This document shows, in pieces, positions 1-16,800 of a stretch of DNA of 64,000 bases. Source of the stretch: the human T2T-CHM13v2.0 reference genome, Homo sapiens; assembly GCF_009914755.1 (NCBI RefSeq), contig NC_060937.1; one strand, 5' to 3'. The position numbers were made by a program, and so were the translations under genes. Below the pieces are notes generated by a model. That model was given only the letters and a program-made list of their open reading frames with translations. It did not search any database and was not told the DNA's origin. How positions within the stretch are numbered: position 1 is the first letter of the stretch; every line of letters starts with the position of its first letter.

Positions 1-3000
1 TCAAAGTTCACAAACTATATATTATATACTGTACATAAAATATCAAAGTACCCATGGAATATATTCTATACTGTACAAAAAATATCAAAGTACCCAAAGC
101 ATGTATTATATACTGTATATAAAATATGAAAGTACATCACATATATTTTTTATTCTGTACATAAAATATCAAAGTACACCAGATATATATTCTATAGTGT
201 ACATAAAATAACAAAGTTCAAAAACTATAAATTATATGCTGTACATAAAATATGAAATTACATCAAATATATATTAGGTACATAAAATATGAAAGTACAT
301 CAAATATAGATTATATACTGTACATAAAATATCAATGTACCCCAAATATATATTTTATACTCTACATGAAATATGAAAGTTCACAAACCATATATTACAT
401 ACTGTAAATAAAATATCAAAGTACCCAAGGTATATATTCTATACTGTACAAAAAATATCAAAGTACCCAAAGCATGTATTATATACTGTACATAAAATAT
501 GAAACTACATCAAATATATATTTTATTCTGTACATAAAATATCAAAGTACACCAGATATATATTCTACAGTGTACATAAAATATCAACGTACCCAAACTC
601 TACATTATATACTGTACATAAAATATGAAATTACATCAAATATATATTATATTAGGTACATAAAATATGAAAGCACATCAAATATAGATTATATACTGTA
701 CTTTAAATACCAAAGTAACCCAAATATATATTTTATACTGTACATCAAATATCAAAGTTCACAAACTATATATTATATACTGTACATAAAATATCAAAGT
801 ACCCATGGTATATATTCTATACTGTACAAAAAATATCAAAGTACCCAAAGCATGTATTATATACTGTACATAAAATATGAAAGTACATCAAATATATATT
901 TTATTCTGTACATAAAATATCAAAGTACACCAGATATATATTCTATAGTGTACATAAAATATCAAAGTACCCAAACTATACATGATATACTGTACATAAA
1001 ATATGAAATTACATCAAATATATATTATATTAGGTACATAAAATATGAAAGTACATCAAATATAGATTATATACTGTACATAAAATATCAAAGTACCCCA
1101 AATATATATTATATACTCTACATGAAATATCAAAGTTCACAAACTATATATTATATACTGTACATAAAATATCAAAGTACCCAAAGTATATATTCTATAC
1201 TGTATAAAAAATATCAAAGTATCCAAAGCATGTATTATATACTGTATATAAAATATGAAAGTACATTAAATATATATTTTATTCTCTACATAAAATATCA
1301 AAGTACACCAGATATATATTCTATAGTGTACATAAAATAACAAAGTACACAAACTATAAAATATATACTGTACATAAAATATGAAATTTCATCAAATATA
1401 TATTAGGTACATAAAATATGAAAGTACATCAAATATAGATTATATACTGTACATATAATATCAATGTACCCCAAATATATATTTTATACTCTACATGAAA
1501 TATCAAAGTTCACAAACCATACTTTATATACTGTACATAAAATATCAAAGTACCCAAGGTATATATTCTATACTGTACAAAAAATATCAAAGTACCCAAA
1601 GCATGTATTATATACTATACATAAAATATGAAAGTACATCAAATATATATTTTATTCTGTACATAAAATATCAAAGTACACCAGATATATATTCTATAGT
1701 GTACATAAAATATCAAAGTACCCAAACTATGCATTATATACTGTACATAAAATATGAAATTACATCAAATATATATTAGGTACATAAAATATGAAAGTAC
1801 ATCAAATATAGATTATAAACTGTACATAAAATATCAAAGTACCCCAAATATATATTATATACTCTACATGAAATATCAAAGTTCACAAACTATATATTAT
1901 ATACTGTACATAAAATATCAAAGTACCCAAGGTATATATTCTATACTGTACAAAAAATATCAAAGTACCCAAAGCATGTATTATATACTGTACATAAAAT
2001 ATGAAAGTACATCAAAAATATATTTTATTCTGTACATAAAATATCAAAGTACACCGGATATATATTCTATAGTGTACATAAAATAACAAAGTACACAAAC
2101 TGTAAATTATATACTGTACATAAAATATGAAATTACATCAAATATATATTAGGTACATAAAATATGAAAGTACATCAAATATAGATTATATACTGTACAT
2201 AAAATATCAATGTACCCCAAATATATATTTTATACTCTACATGAAATATCAAAGTTCACAAACCATATATTATATACTGCACATAAAATATCAAAGTACC
2301 CAAGGTATATATTCTATACTGTACAAAAAATATCAAAGTACCCAAAGGATGTATTATATACTGTACATAAAATATGAAACTACATCAAATATATATTTTA
2401 TTCTGTACATAAAATATCAAAGTACACCAGATATATATTCTATAGTGTACATAAAATATCAAAGTACCCAAACTATACATTATATACTGTACATAAAATA
2501 TGAAATTACATCAAATATATATTATATTAGGTACATAAAATATGAAAGCACTTCAAATATAGATTATATACTGTACATTAAATACCAAAGTACCCCAAAC
2601 ATATATTTTATACTGTACATCAAATATCAAAGTTCACAAACTATATATTATATACTGTACATAAAATATCAAAGTAGCCATGGTATACATTCTATACTGT
2701 ACAAAAAATATCAAAATACCAAAAGCATGTATTATATACTGTACATAAAATATGAAAGTACATCAAATATATATTTTATTCTGTACATAAAATATCAAAG
2801 TACACCAGATATATATTCTATAGTGTACATAAAATATAAAAGTACCCAAACTATACATTATATACTGTACATAAAATATGAAATTACATCAAATATATAT
2901 TATATTAGGTACATAAAATATGAAAGTACATCAAATATAGATTATATACTGTACATAAAATATCAAAGTACCCCAAATATATATTATATACTCTACATGA

Positions 3001-6000
3001 AATATCAAAGTTCACAAACTATATATTATATACTGTACATAAAATATCAAAGTACCCAAGGTATATATTCTATACTGTACAAAAAATATCAAAGTACCCA
3101 AAGCATGTATTATATACTGTACATAAAATATGAAAGTACATCAAATATATATTTTATTCTGTACATAAAATATCAAAGTACACCAGATATATATTCTATA
3201 GTGTACATAAAATAACAAAGTACACAAACTATAAAATATATACTGTACATAAAATGTGAAATTACATCAAATATATATTAGGTACATAATATATGAAAGT
3301 ACATCAAATATAGATTATATACTGTACATAAAATATCAATGTACCCCAAATATATATTTTATACTCTACATGAAATATCAAAGTTCACAAACCATATATT
3401 ATATACTGTACATAAAATATCAAAGTACCCAAGGTATATATTCTATACTGTACAAAAAATATCAAAGTACCCAAGCATGTATTATATACTGTACATAAAA
3501 TATGAAACTACATCAAATATATATCTTATTCTGTACATAAAATATCAAAGTACACCAGACATATATTCTATAGTGTACATAAAATATCAAAGTACCCAAA
3601 CTATACATTATAGACTGTACATAAAATATGAAATTACATCAAATATATATTATATTAGGTACATAAAATATGAAAGCACATCAAATATAGATTATATACT
3701 GTACATAAAATACCAAAGTACCCCAAACATATATTTTATACTGTACATCAAATATCAAAGTTCACAAACTATATATTATATACTGTACATAAAATATCAA
3801 AGTACCCATGGAATATATTCTATACTGTACAAAAAATATCAAAGTACCCAAAGCATGTATTATATACTGTATATAAAATATGAAAGTACATCACATATAT
3901 TTTTTATTCTGTACATAAAATATCAAAGTACACCAGATATATATTCTATAGTGTACATAAAATAACAAAGTTCAAAAACTATAAATTATATGCTGTACAT
4001 AAAATATGAAATTACATCAAATATATATTAGGTACATAAAATATGAAAGTACATCAAATATAGATTATATACTGTACATAAAATATCAATGTACCCCAAA
4101 TATATATTTTATACTCTACATGAAATATGAAAGTTCACAAACCATATATTACATACTGTAAATAAAATATCAAAGTACCCAAGGTATATATTCTATACTG
4201 TACAAAAAATATCAAAGTACCCAAAGCATGTATTATATACTGTACATAAAATATGAAACTACATCAAATATATATTTTATTCTGTACATAAAATATCAAA
4301 GTACACCAGATATATATTCTACAGTGTACATAAAATATCAACGTACCCAAACTCTACATTATATACTGTACATAAAATATGAAATTACATCAAATATATA
4401 TTATATTAGGTACATAAAATATGAAAGCACATCAAATATAGATTATATACTGTACTTTAAATACCAAAGTAACCCAAATATATATTTTATACTGTACATC
4501 AAATATCAAAGTTCACAAACTATATATTATATACTGTACATAAAATATCAAAGTACCCATGGTATATATTCTATACTGTACAAAAAATATCAAAGTACCC
4601 AAAGCATGTATTATATACTGTACATAAAATATGAAAGTACATCAAATATATATTTTATTCTGTACATAAAATATCAAAGTACACCAGATATATATTCTAT
4701 AGTGTACATAAAATATCAAAGTACCCAAACTATACATGATATACTGTACATAAAATATGAAATTACATCAAATATATATTATATTAGGTACATAAAATAT
4801 GAAAGTACATCAAATATAGATTATATACTGTACATAAAATATCAAAGTACCCCAAATATATATTATATACTCTACATGAAATATCAAAGTTCACAAACTA
4901 TATATTATATACTGTACATAAAATATCAAAGTACCCAAAGTATATATTCTATACTGTATAAAAAATATCAAAGTATCCAAAGCATGTATTATATACTGTA
5001 TATAAAATATGAAAGTACATTAAATATATATTTTATTCTCTACATAAAATATCAAAGTACACCAGATATATATTCTATAGTGTACATAAAATAACAAAGT
5101 ACACAAACTATAAAATATATACTGTACATAAAATATGAAATTTCATCAAATATATATTAGGTACATAAAATATGAAAGTACATCAAATATAGATTATATA
5201 CTGTACATATAATATCAATGTACCCCAAATATATATTTTATACTCTACATGAAATATCAAAGTTCACAAACCATACTTTATATACTGTACATAAAATATC
5301 AAAGTACCCAAGGTATATATTCTATACTGTACAAAAAATATCAAAGTACCCAAAGCATGTATTATATACTATACATAAAATATGAAAGTACATCAAATAT
5401 ATATTTTATTCTGTACATAAAATATCAAAGTACACCAGATATATATTCTATAGTGTACATAAAATATCAAAGTACCCAAACTATGCATTATATACTGTAC
5501 ATAAAATATGAAATTACATCAAATATATATTAGGTACATAAAATATGAAAGTACATCAAATATAGATTATAAACTGTACATAAAATATCAAAGTACCCCA
5601 AATATATATTATATACTCTACATGAAATATCAAAGTTCACAAACTATATATTATATACTGTACATAAAATATCAAAGTACCCAAGGTATATATTCTATAC
5701 TGTACAAAAAATATCAAAGTACCCAAAGCATGTATTATATACTGTACATAAAATATGAAAGTACATCAAAAATATATTTTATTCTGTACATAAAATATCA
5801 AAGTACACCGGATATATATTCTATAGTGTACATAAAATAACAAAGTACACAAACTGTAAATTATATACTGTACATAAAATATGAAATTACATCAAATATA
5901 TATTAGGTACATAAAATATGAAAGTACATCAAATATAGATTATATACTGTACATAAAATATCAATGTACCCCAAATATATATTTTATACTCTACATGAAA

Positions 6001-6430
6001 TATCAAAGTTCACAAACCATATATTATATACTGCACATAAAATATCAAAGTACCCAAGGTATATATTCTATACTGTACAAAAAATATCAAAGTACCCAAA
6101 GGATGTATTATATACTGTACATAAAATATGAAACTACATCAAATATATATTTTATTCTGTACATAAAATATCAAAGTACACCAGATATATATTCTATAGT
6201 GTACATAAAATATCAAAGTACCCAAACTATACATTATATACTGTACATAAAATATGAAATTACATCAAATATATATTATATTAGGTACATAAAATATGAA
6301 AGCACTTCAAATATAGATTATATACTGTACATTAAATACCAAAGTACCCCAAACATATATTTTATACTGTACATCAAATATCAAAGTTCACAAACTATAT
6401 ATTATATACTGTACATAAAATATCAAAGTA
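1..6430 (+). repeat. Near-identical direct duplication, 1-2676 vs 3755-6430 (offset 3754 bp, 10 HORs)
   Basis: ORF pairs 474/4228, 1495/5249 and 1754/5508 have identical translations and 2127/5881 share their start, all at +3754. Shared rare variants CCCATGGAAT, ACACCGGAT and GCACTTC. First mismatch noticed at 2677/6431. Confidence 0.9.
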
Positions 6431-9400
6431 CCCATGGTATATATTCTATACTGTACAAAAAATATCAAAGTACCCAAAGCATGTATTATATACTGTATAT
6501 AAAATATGAAAGCACATCACATATATTTTTTATTCTGTGCATAAAATATCAAAGTACACCAGATATATATTCTATAGTGTACATAAAATAACAAAGTTCA
6601 AAAACTATAAATTATATGCTGTACATAAAATATGAAATTACATCAAATATATATTAGGTACATAAAATATGAAAGTACATCAAATATAGATTATATACTG
6701 TACATAAAATATCAATGTACCCCAAATATATATTTTATACTCTACATGAAATATGAAAGTTCACAAACCATATATTATATACTGTAAATAAAATATCAAA
6801 GTACCCAAGGTATATATTCTATACTGTACAAAAAATATCAAAGTACCCAAAGCATGTATTATATACTGTACATAAAATATGAAACTACATCAAATATATA
6901 TTTTATTCTGTACATAAAATATCAAAGTACACCAGATATATATTCTACAGTGTACATAAAATATCAACGTACCCAAACTATACATTATATACTGTACATA
7001 AAATATGAAGTTACATCAAATATATATTATATTAGGTACATAAAATATGAAAGCACATCAAATATAGATTATATACTGTACTTTAAATACCAAAGTAACC
7101 CAAATATATATTTTATACTATACATCAAATATCAAAGTTCACAAACTATATATTATATACTGTACATAAAATATCAAAGTACCCATGGTATATATTCTAT
7201 ACTGTACAAAAAATATCAAAGTACCCAAAGCATGTATTATATACTGTACATAAAATATGAAAGTACATCAAATACATATTTTATTCTGTACATAAAATAT
7301 CAAAGTACACCAGATATATATTCTATAGTGTACATAAAATATCAAAGTACCCAAACTATACATTATATACTGTACATAAAATATGAAATTACATCAAATT
7401 TATATTAGGTACATAAAATATGAAAGTACATCAAATATAGATTATATACTGTACATAAAATATCAAAGTACCCCAAATATATATTATATACTCTACATGA
7501 AATATCAAAGTTCACAAACTATATATTATATACTGTACATAAAATATCCAAGTACCCAAGGTATATATTCTATACTGTACAAAAAATATCAACGTACCCA
7601 AAGCATGTATTACATACTCTATATAAAATATGAAAGTACATCACATATATATTTTATATTGTACATAAAATATCAAAGTACACCAGATATATATTCTATA
7701 GTGTACATAAAATAACAAAGTCCAAAAACTATAAATTATATGCTGTACATAAAATATGAAATTACATCGAATATATATTAGGTACATAAAATATGAAAGT
7801 ACATTAAATATACATTATATACTGTACATAAAATATCAATGTACCCCAAATATATATTTTATACTCTACATGAAATATCAAAGTTCACAAACCATATATT
7901 ATATACTGTACATAAAATATCAAACTACCCAAGGTATATATTTTATACTGTACAAAAAATATCAAAGTACCCAAAGCATGTATTATATACTGTACATAAA
8001 ATATGAAATTACATCAAATATATATTTTATTCTGAACATAAAATATCAAAGTACACCAGATATATATTCTATAGTGTACATAAAATATCAAAGTACCCAA
8101 ACTATACATTATATACTGTACATAAAATATGAAATTACATCAAATATATATTATATTAGGTACATAAAATATGAAAGCACATCAAATATAGATTATATAC
8201 TGTACATTAAATACCAAAGTACCCCAAATATATATTTTATACTGTACATCAAATATCAAAGTTCACAAACTATATATTATATACTGTACATAAAATATCA
8301 AAGTACACATGGCATATATTCTATACTGTACAAAAAATATCAAAGTACCCAAAGCATGTATTATATACTGTATATAAAATATGAAAGTACATCACATATA
8401 TATTTTATTCTGTACATAAAATATCAAAGTACACCAGATATATATTCTATAGTGTACATAAAATAACAAAGTTCAAAAACTATAAATTATATGCTGTACA
8501 TAAAATATGAAATTACATCAAATATATATTAGGTACATAAAATATGAATGTACATCAAATATAGATTATATACTGTACATAAAATATCAATGTACCCCAA
8601 ATATATATTTTATACTCTACATGAAATATGAAAGTTCACAAACTATATATTATATACTGTACATAAAATATCAAAGTACCCAAGGTATATATTCTATACT
8701 GTACAAAAAATATCAAAGTACCCAAAGCATGTATTATATACTGTACATAAAATATGAAACTACATCAAATATATATTTTATTCTGTACATAAAATATCAA
8801 AGTACACCAGATATATATTCTATAGTGTACATAGAATATCAAAGTACACAAACTATACATTATATACTGTACATAAAATATGAAATTACATCAAATATAT
8901 ATTAGGTACATAAAATATGAAAGTACATCAAATATAGATTATATACTGTACATAAAATATCAGAGTACCCCAAATATATATTATATACACTACATGAAAT
9001 ATCAAAGTTCACAAACTGTATATTATATACTGTACATAAAATATCAAAGTACCCAAGGTATATATTCTATACTGTACAAAAAATATCAAAATAGCCAAAG
9101 CATGTATTATATACTGTACATAAAATATGAAAGTACATCAAATATATATTTTATTCTGTACATAAATTATGAAAGTACACCAGGTATATATTCTATAGTG
9201 TACATAAAATAACAAAGTACACAATCTATAAATTATATACTGTACATAAAATATGAAATTACATCAAATATATATTAGGTACATAAAATATGAAAGTACA
9301 TCAAATATAGATTATATACTGTACATAAAATATCAATGTACCCCAAATATATATTTTATACTCTACATGAAATATCAAAGTTCACAAACCATATATTAAA

Positions 9401-9970
9401 TACTGTACATAAAATATCAAAGTACCCAAGGTATATATTCTGTACTATACAAAAAATATCAAAGTACACAAAGCATTTATTATATACTGTACATAAAATA
9501 TGAAAGTACATCAAATATATATTTTATTCTCTATATAAAATATCAAAGTACACCAGATATATATTCTATAGTGTACATAAAATATCAAAGTACCCAAACT
9601 ATACATTATACACTGTACATAAAATATGAAATTACATCAAATATATATTATATTAGGTACATAAAATATGAAAGCACATCAAATATAGATTATATACTGT
9701 ACATAAAATACCAAAGTACCCCAAATATATATTTTATACTGTACATGAAATATCAAAGTTCACAAACTATATATTATATACTGTACATAAAATATCAAAG
9801 TACCCAAGGTATATATTCTATACTGTACAAAAAATATCAAAGTACCCAAAGCATGTATTATATACTGTACATAAAATATGAAAGTACATCAAATATATAT
9901 TTAATTCTGTACATAAAATATCAAAGTACACCAGATATATATTCTATAGTGTACATAAAATATCAAAGTA
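1..9970 (+). repeat. HSat1A subfamily L, first block (mixed 373/378-bp HORs)
   Basis: Monomer 9 reads ACACCAGAT; frequent AAATAACAAAG, TACTCTACATG and TCAATGTACCCC variants; frequent 5-bp deletion in monomer 2 (ATATATTAGGTAC instead of ATATATTATATTAGGTAC). Confidence 0.85.
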
Positions 9971-12900
9971 CCCAAACTATATATGATATACTGTACATAA
10001 AATATGAAATTACATCAAATATATATTATATTAGGTACATAAAATATGAAAGTACATCAAATATATATTATATACTGTACATAAAATACCAAAGTACCCC
10101 AAATATATATTATATACTGTACATGAAATATCAAAGTTCACAAACTATATATTATATACTGTATATAAAATATCAAAGTACCCAAGGTATATATTCTATA
10201 CTGTACAAAAAATATCAAAGTACCCAAAGCATGTATTATATACTGTTTATAAAATATGAAAGTACATCAAATATATATTTTATTCTGTACATAAAATATC
10301 AAATTGCACCAAATATATATTCTATAGTGTACATTAAATATCAAACTACCCAAACTGTACATTATATACTGTACATAAAATATGAAATTACATCAATTAT
10401 ATATTATATTAGGTACATAAAATATGAAAGTACATCAAATATATATTATATACTGTACATAAAATACCAAAGTACCCCAAATATATATTATATACTGTAC
10501 ATGAAATATCAAAGTTCACAAACTATATATTATATACTGTACATAAAATATCAAAGTACCAAAGGTATATATTCTATACTGTACAAAAAATATCAAAGTA
10601 CCCAAAGCATGTATTATATACTGTACATAAAATATGAAAGTACATCAAATATATATTTTATTCTGTACATAAAATATCAAAGTACACCAAATATATATTC
10701 TATAGTTTACATAAAATATAAAAGTACCCAAACTATACATTATATACTGTACATAAAATATGAAATTACATCAAATATATATTATATTAGGTACATAAAA
10801 TATGAAATTACATCAAATATATATTACATTAGGTACATAAAGTGTGAAAGTACATCAAATATAGATTATATACTGTACATAAAATACCAAAGTACCCCAA
10901 ATACATATTATATACTGTACATGAAATATCAAAGTTCACAAACTATATATTATATACTGTACATAAAATATCAAAGTACCCAAGGTATATATTCTATACT
11001 GTACAAAAAATATCAAAGTATGCAAAGCATGTATTATATACTGTACATAAAATATGAAATTACATCAAATATATATTATATTAGGTACATAAAATATGAA
11101 AATACATCAAATATATATTATATACTCTACATAAAATACCAAAGTACCCCAAATACATATTATATGCTGTACATTAAATATCAAAGTTCACAAACTATAT
11201 ATTATATACTGTACATAAAATATCAAAGTACCGAAGGGATATATTCTATACTGTACAAAAAATATCAAAGTACCCAAAGCATGTATTATATACTGTACAT
11301 AAAATATGAAAGTACATCAAATATATATTTTATTCTGTACATAAAATATCAAAGTACACCAAATATATATTCTATAGTGTACATAAAATATCAAAGTACC
11401 CAAACTATACATTATATACTGTACATAAAATATGAAATTACATCAAATATATATTATATTAGGTACATAAAATATGAAAGTACATCAAATATTGATTATA
11501 CACTGTACATAAAATACCAAAGAACCCCAAATATATATTATATACTGTACATGAAATATCAAAGTTCACAAACTATATATTATATAATGTACATAAAATA
11601 TCAAAGTACCCAAGGTATATATTCTATACTGTACAAAAAATATCAAAGTACCCAAAGCATGTATTATATAGTGTATATAAAATATGAAAGTACATCAAAT
11701 ATATATTTAATTCTGTACATAAAATATCAAAGTACACCAAATATATATTCTATACTGTACATAAAATATCAAAGTACCCAAACTATACATTATATACTGT
11801 AGATAAAATATGAAATTACATCAAATATATATTATATTAGGTACATAAAATTTGAAAGTACATCAAATATAGATTATACACTGTATATAAAATACCAAAG
11901 AACCCCAAATATATATTATATACTGTACATGAAATATCAAAGTTCACAAACTATATATTATATACTGTACATAAAATATCAAAGTACCCAAGGTATATAT
12001 TCTATACTGTACAAAAAATATCAAAGTACCCAAAGCATGTATTATATACTGTTCATAAAATATGAAAGTACATCAAATATATATTTTATTCTGTACATAA
12101 AATATCTAAGTACACCAAATATATATTCTATAGTGTACATAAAATATGAAATTACCCAAACTATACATTATATACTGTACATAAAATATGAAATTACATC
12201 AAATATATATTATATTAGGTACATAAAATATGAAAGTACATCAAATATATATTATATACTGTACATAAAATACCAAAGTACCCCAAATACATATTATATA
12301 CTGTACATGAAATATCAAAGTTCACAAACTATATATTATATACTGTACATAAAATATCAAAGTACCGAAGGGATATATTCTATACTGTACAAAAAATATC
12401 AAAGTACCCAAAGCATGTATTATATACTGTACATAAAATATGAAAGTACATGAAATATATATTTTATTCTGTACATAAAATATCAAAGTACACCAAATAT
12501 ATATTCTATAGTGTACATAAAATATCAAAGTACCCAGACTATACATTATATACTGTACATAAAACATGAAATTACATCAAATATATATTATATTAGGTAC
12601 ATAAAATATGAAAGTACATCAAATATAAATTATATACTGTACATAAAATACCAAAGTACCCCAAATATATATTATATACTGTACATGAAATATCAAAGTT
12701 CACAAACTATATATTATATACTGCACATAAAATATCAAACTACCCAAGGTATATATTCTATACTGTACAAAAAATATCAAAGTACCCAAAGCATGTATTA
12801 TATAGTGTATATAAAATATGAAAGTACATCAAATATATATTTAATTCTGTACATAAAATATCAAAGTACACCAAATATATATTCTATAGTGTACATTAAA

Positions 12901-13850
12901 TATCAAACTACCCAAACTATACATTATATACTGTACATAAAATATGAAATTACATCAAATATATATTATATTAGGTACATAAAATATGAAAGTACATCAA
13001 ATATATATTATATACTGTACATAAAATACCAAAGTACCCCAAATACATATTATACACTGTACATGAAATATCAAAGTTCACAAACTATATATTATATACT
13101 GTACATAAAATATCAAAGTACCGAAAGTATATATTCTATATTGTACAAAAAATATCAAAGTACCCAAAGAATGTATTATATACTGTACATAAAATATGAA
13201 AGTACATCAAATATATATGTTATTCTGTGCATAAAATATCAAAGTACACCAAATATATATTCTATAGTGTACATAAAATATCAAAGTACCCAAATTATAC
13301 ATTATATACTGTACATAAAATATGAAATTACATCAAATATATATTATATTAGGTACATAAAATATGAAAGTACATCAAATATAAATTATATACTGTACAT
13401 AAAATACGAAAGAAACCCAAATATATATTATATACTCTACATGAAATATCAAAGTTCACAAACTATATATTATATACTGTACATAAAATATCAAAGTACC
13501 CAAGGTATATATTCTATACTGTACAAAAAATATCAAAGTACGCAAACCATGTATTATATACTGTACATAAAATATGAAATTACATCAAATATATATTATA
13601 TTAGGTACATAAAATATGAAAGTACATCAAATATAGATTATATACTGTACATAAAATACCAAAGTACCCCAAATACATATTATATACTGTACATGAAATA
13701 TCAAAGTTCACAAACTATATATTATATACTGTACATAAAATATCAAAGTACCCAAGGTTTATATTCTATACTGTACAAAAAATATCAAAGTAGCCAAAGC
13801 ATGTATTATATACTGTACATAAAATATGAAAGTACATCAAATATATATTT
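9970..13850 (+). repeat. Island of HSat1A subfamily R-type HORs
   Basis: Monomer 9 reads CACCAAAT from about 10310 to 13250; monomer 4 reads AAATACCAAAG; no 5-bp deletion and no AAATAACAAAG; ACACCAGAT resumes at about 13877. Confidence 0.8.
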
Positions 13851-16800
13851 TATTCTGTACATAAAATATCAAAGTACACCAGATATATATTCTATAGTGT
13901 ACATAAAATAACAAAGTACACAATCTATAAATTATATACTGTACATAAAATATGAAATTACATCAAATATATATTAGGTACATAAAATATGAAAGTACAT
14001 CAAATATAGATTATATACTGTACATGAAATATCAAAGTACCCCAAATATATATTATATACTGTACATGAAATATCAAAGTTCACAAACAATATATTATAT
14101 ACTGTACATAAAATATCAAAGTACCCAAGTTATATATTCTATACTGTACAAAAAATATCAAAGTACCCAAAGCATGTATTATATACTGTACCTAAAATAT
14201 GAAAGTACATCAAATATATATTTTATTCTGTACATAAAATATCAAAGTACACCAGATATATATTCTATAGTGTACATAAAATATCAAAGTACCCAAACTA
14301 TACATTATATACTGTACATAAAATATGAAATTACATCAAATATATATTAGGTACATAAAATATGAAAGTACATCAAATATAGATTATATACTGTACATAA
14401 AATATCAAAGTAGCCCAAATATATACTATATACTCTACATGAAATATCAAAGTTCACAAACTATATATTATATACTGTACATAAAATATCAAAGTACCCA
14501 AGGTATATATTCTATACTGTACAAAAAATATCAAAGTACCCAAAGCATGTATTATATACTGTACATAAAATATGAAAGTACATCAAATATATATTTTATT
14601 CCGTAGATAAAATATCAAAGTACACCAGATATATATTCTATAGTGTACATAAAATAACAAATTACAAAAACTATAAATTATATACTGTACATAAAATATG
14701 AAATTACATCAAATATATATTAGGTACATAAAATATGAAACTACATCAAATATAGATTATATACTGTACATAAAATATCAATGTACCCCAAATATATATT
14801 TTATACTCTACATGAAATATCAAAGTTCACAAACCATATATTATATACTGTACATAAAATATCAAAGTACCCAAGGTATATATTCTATACTATACAAAAA
14901 ATATCAAAGTACCCAAAGCATGTATTATATACTGTACATAAAATATGAAAGTACATCAAATATATATTTTATTCTGTACATAAAATATCAAAGTACACCA
15001 GATATATATTCTATAGTGTACATAAAATATCAAAGTACCCAAACTATACATTATATACTGTACATAAATATGATATTACATCAAATATATATTATGTTAG
15101 GTACATAAAATATGAAAGTACATCAGATATAGATTATATACTGTACATAAAATATCAATGTACCCCAAATATATATTTTATACTCTACATGAAATATCAA
15201 AGTTCACAAACTCTATATTATATACTGTACATAAAATATCAAAATACCCAAGGTATATATTCTATGTTGTACAAAAAATATCAAAGTACCCAAAGCATGT
15301 ATTATATACTGTATATAAAATATGAAAATACATTAAATATATATTTTATTCTGTACATGAAATATCAAAGTACACCAGATATATATTCTATAGTGTACAT
15401 AAAATAACAAAGTACACAAACTATAAATTATATACTGTACGTAAAATATGAAATTACATCAAATATATATTAGGTACATAAAATATGAAAGTACATCAAA
15501 TATAGATTATATACTGTACATATAATATCAATGTACCCCAAATATATATTTTATACTCTACATGAAATATCAAAGTTCACAAACCATACATTATATACTG
15601 TACATAAAATATCAAAGTACCCAAGGTATATATTCTATACTGTACAAGAAATATCAAAGTACCCATAGCATGTATTATATACTGTACATAAAATATGAAA
15701 GTATATCAAATATATATTTTATTCTGTACATAAAATATCAAAGTACACCAGATATATATTCTATAGTGTACATAAAATAACAAAGTACCCAAACTATAAA
15801 TTATATACTGTACATAAAATATGAAATTACATCAAATATATATTAGGTACATAAAATATGAAAGGACATCAAATATAGATTATATAGTGTACATAAAATA
15901 TCAATGTACCCCAAATATATATTTTATACTCTACATGAAATATCAAAGTTCACAAACCATATATTATATACTCTACATAAAATATCAAAGTACCCAAGGT
16001 ATATATTCTATACTGTACAAAAAATATCAAAGTACCCAAAGCATGTATTATATACTGTACATAAAATATGAAACTACATCAAATATATATTTTATTCTGT
16101 ACATAAAATATCAAAGTACACCAGATATATATTCTATAGTGTATATAAAATATCAACGTACCCAAACTATACATTATATACTGTACATAAAATATGAAAT
16201 TACATCAAATATATATTATATTAGGTACATAAAATATGAAAGCACATCAAATATAGATTATATACTGTACTTTAAATACCAAAGTACCCCAAATATATAT
16301 TTTATACTGTGCATCAAATATCAAAGTTCACAAACTATATATTATATACTGTACATAAAATATCAAAGTACCTATGGTATATATTCTATACTGTACAAAA
16401 AATATCAAAGTACCCAAAGCATGTATTTTATACTGTACATAAAATATGAAAGTACATCAAATATATATTAGGTACATAAAATATGAAAGTACATCAAATA
16501 TAGATTATATACTGTACATAAAATATCAAAGTACCCCAAATATATATTATATACTCTACATGAAATATCAAAGTTCACAAACTATATATTATATACTGTA
16601 CATAAAATATCAAAGTACCCAAGGTATATATTCTATACTGTACAAAAAATATCAAAGTACCCAAAGCATGTATTATATACTGTACATAAAATATGAAAGT
16701 ACATCAAATATATATTTTATTCTGTACATAAAATATCAAAGTACACCAGATATATATTCTATAGTGTACATAAAATATCAAAGTACCCAAACTATACATT

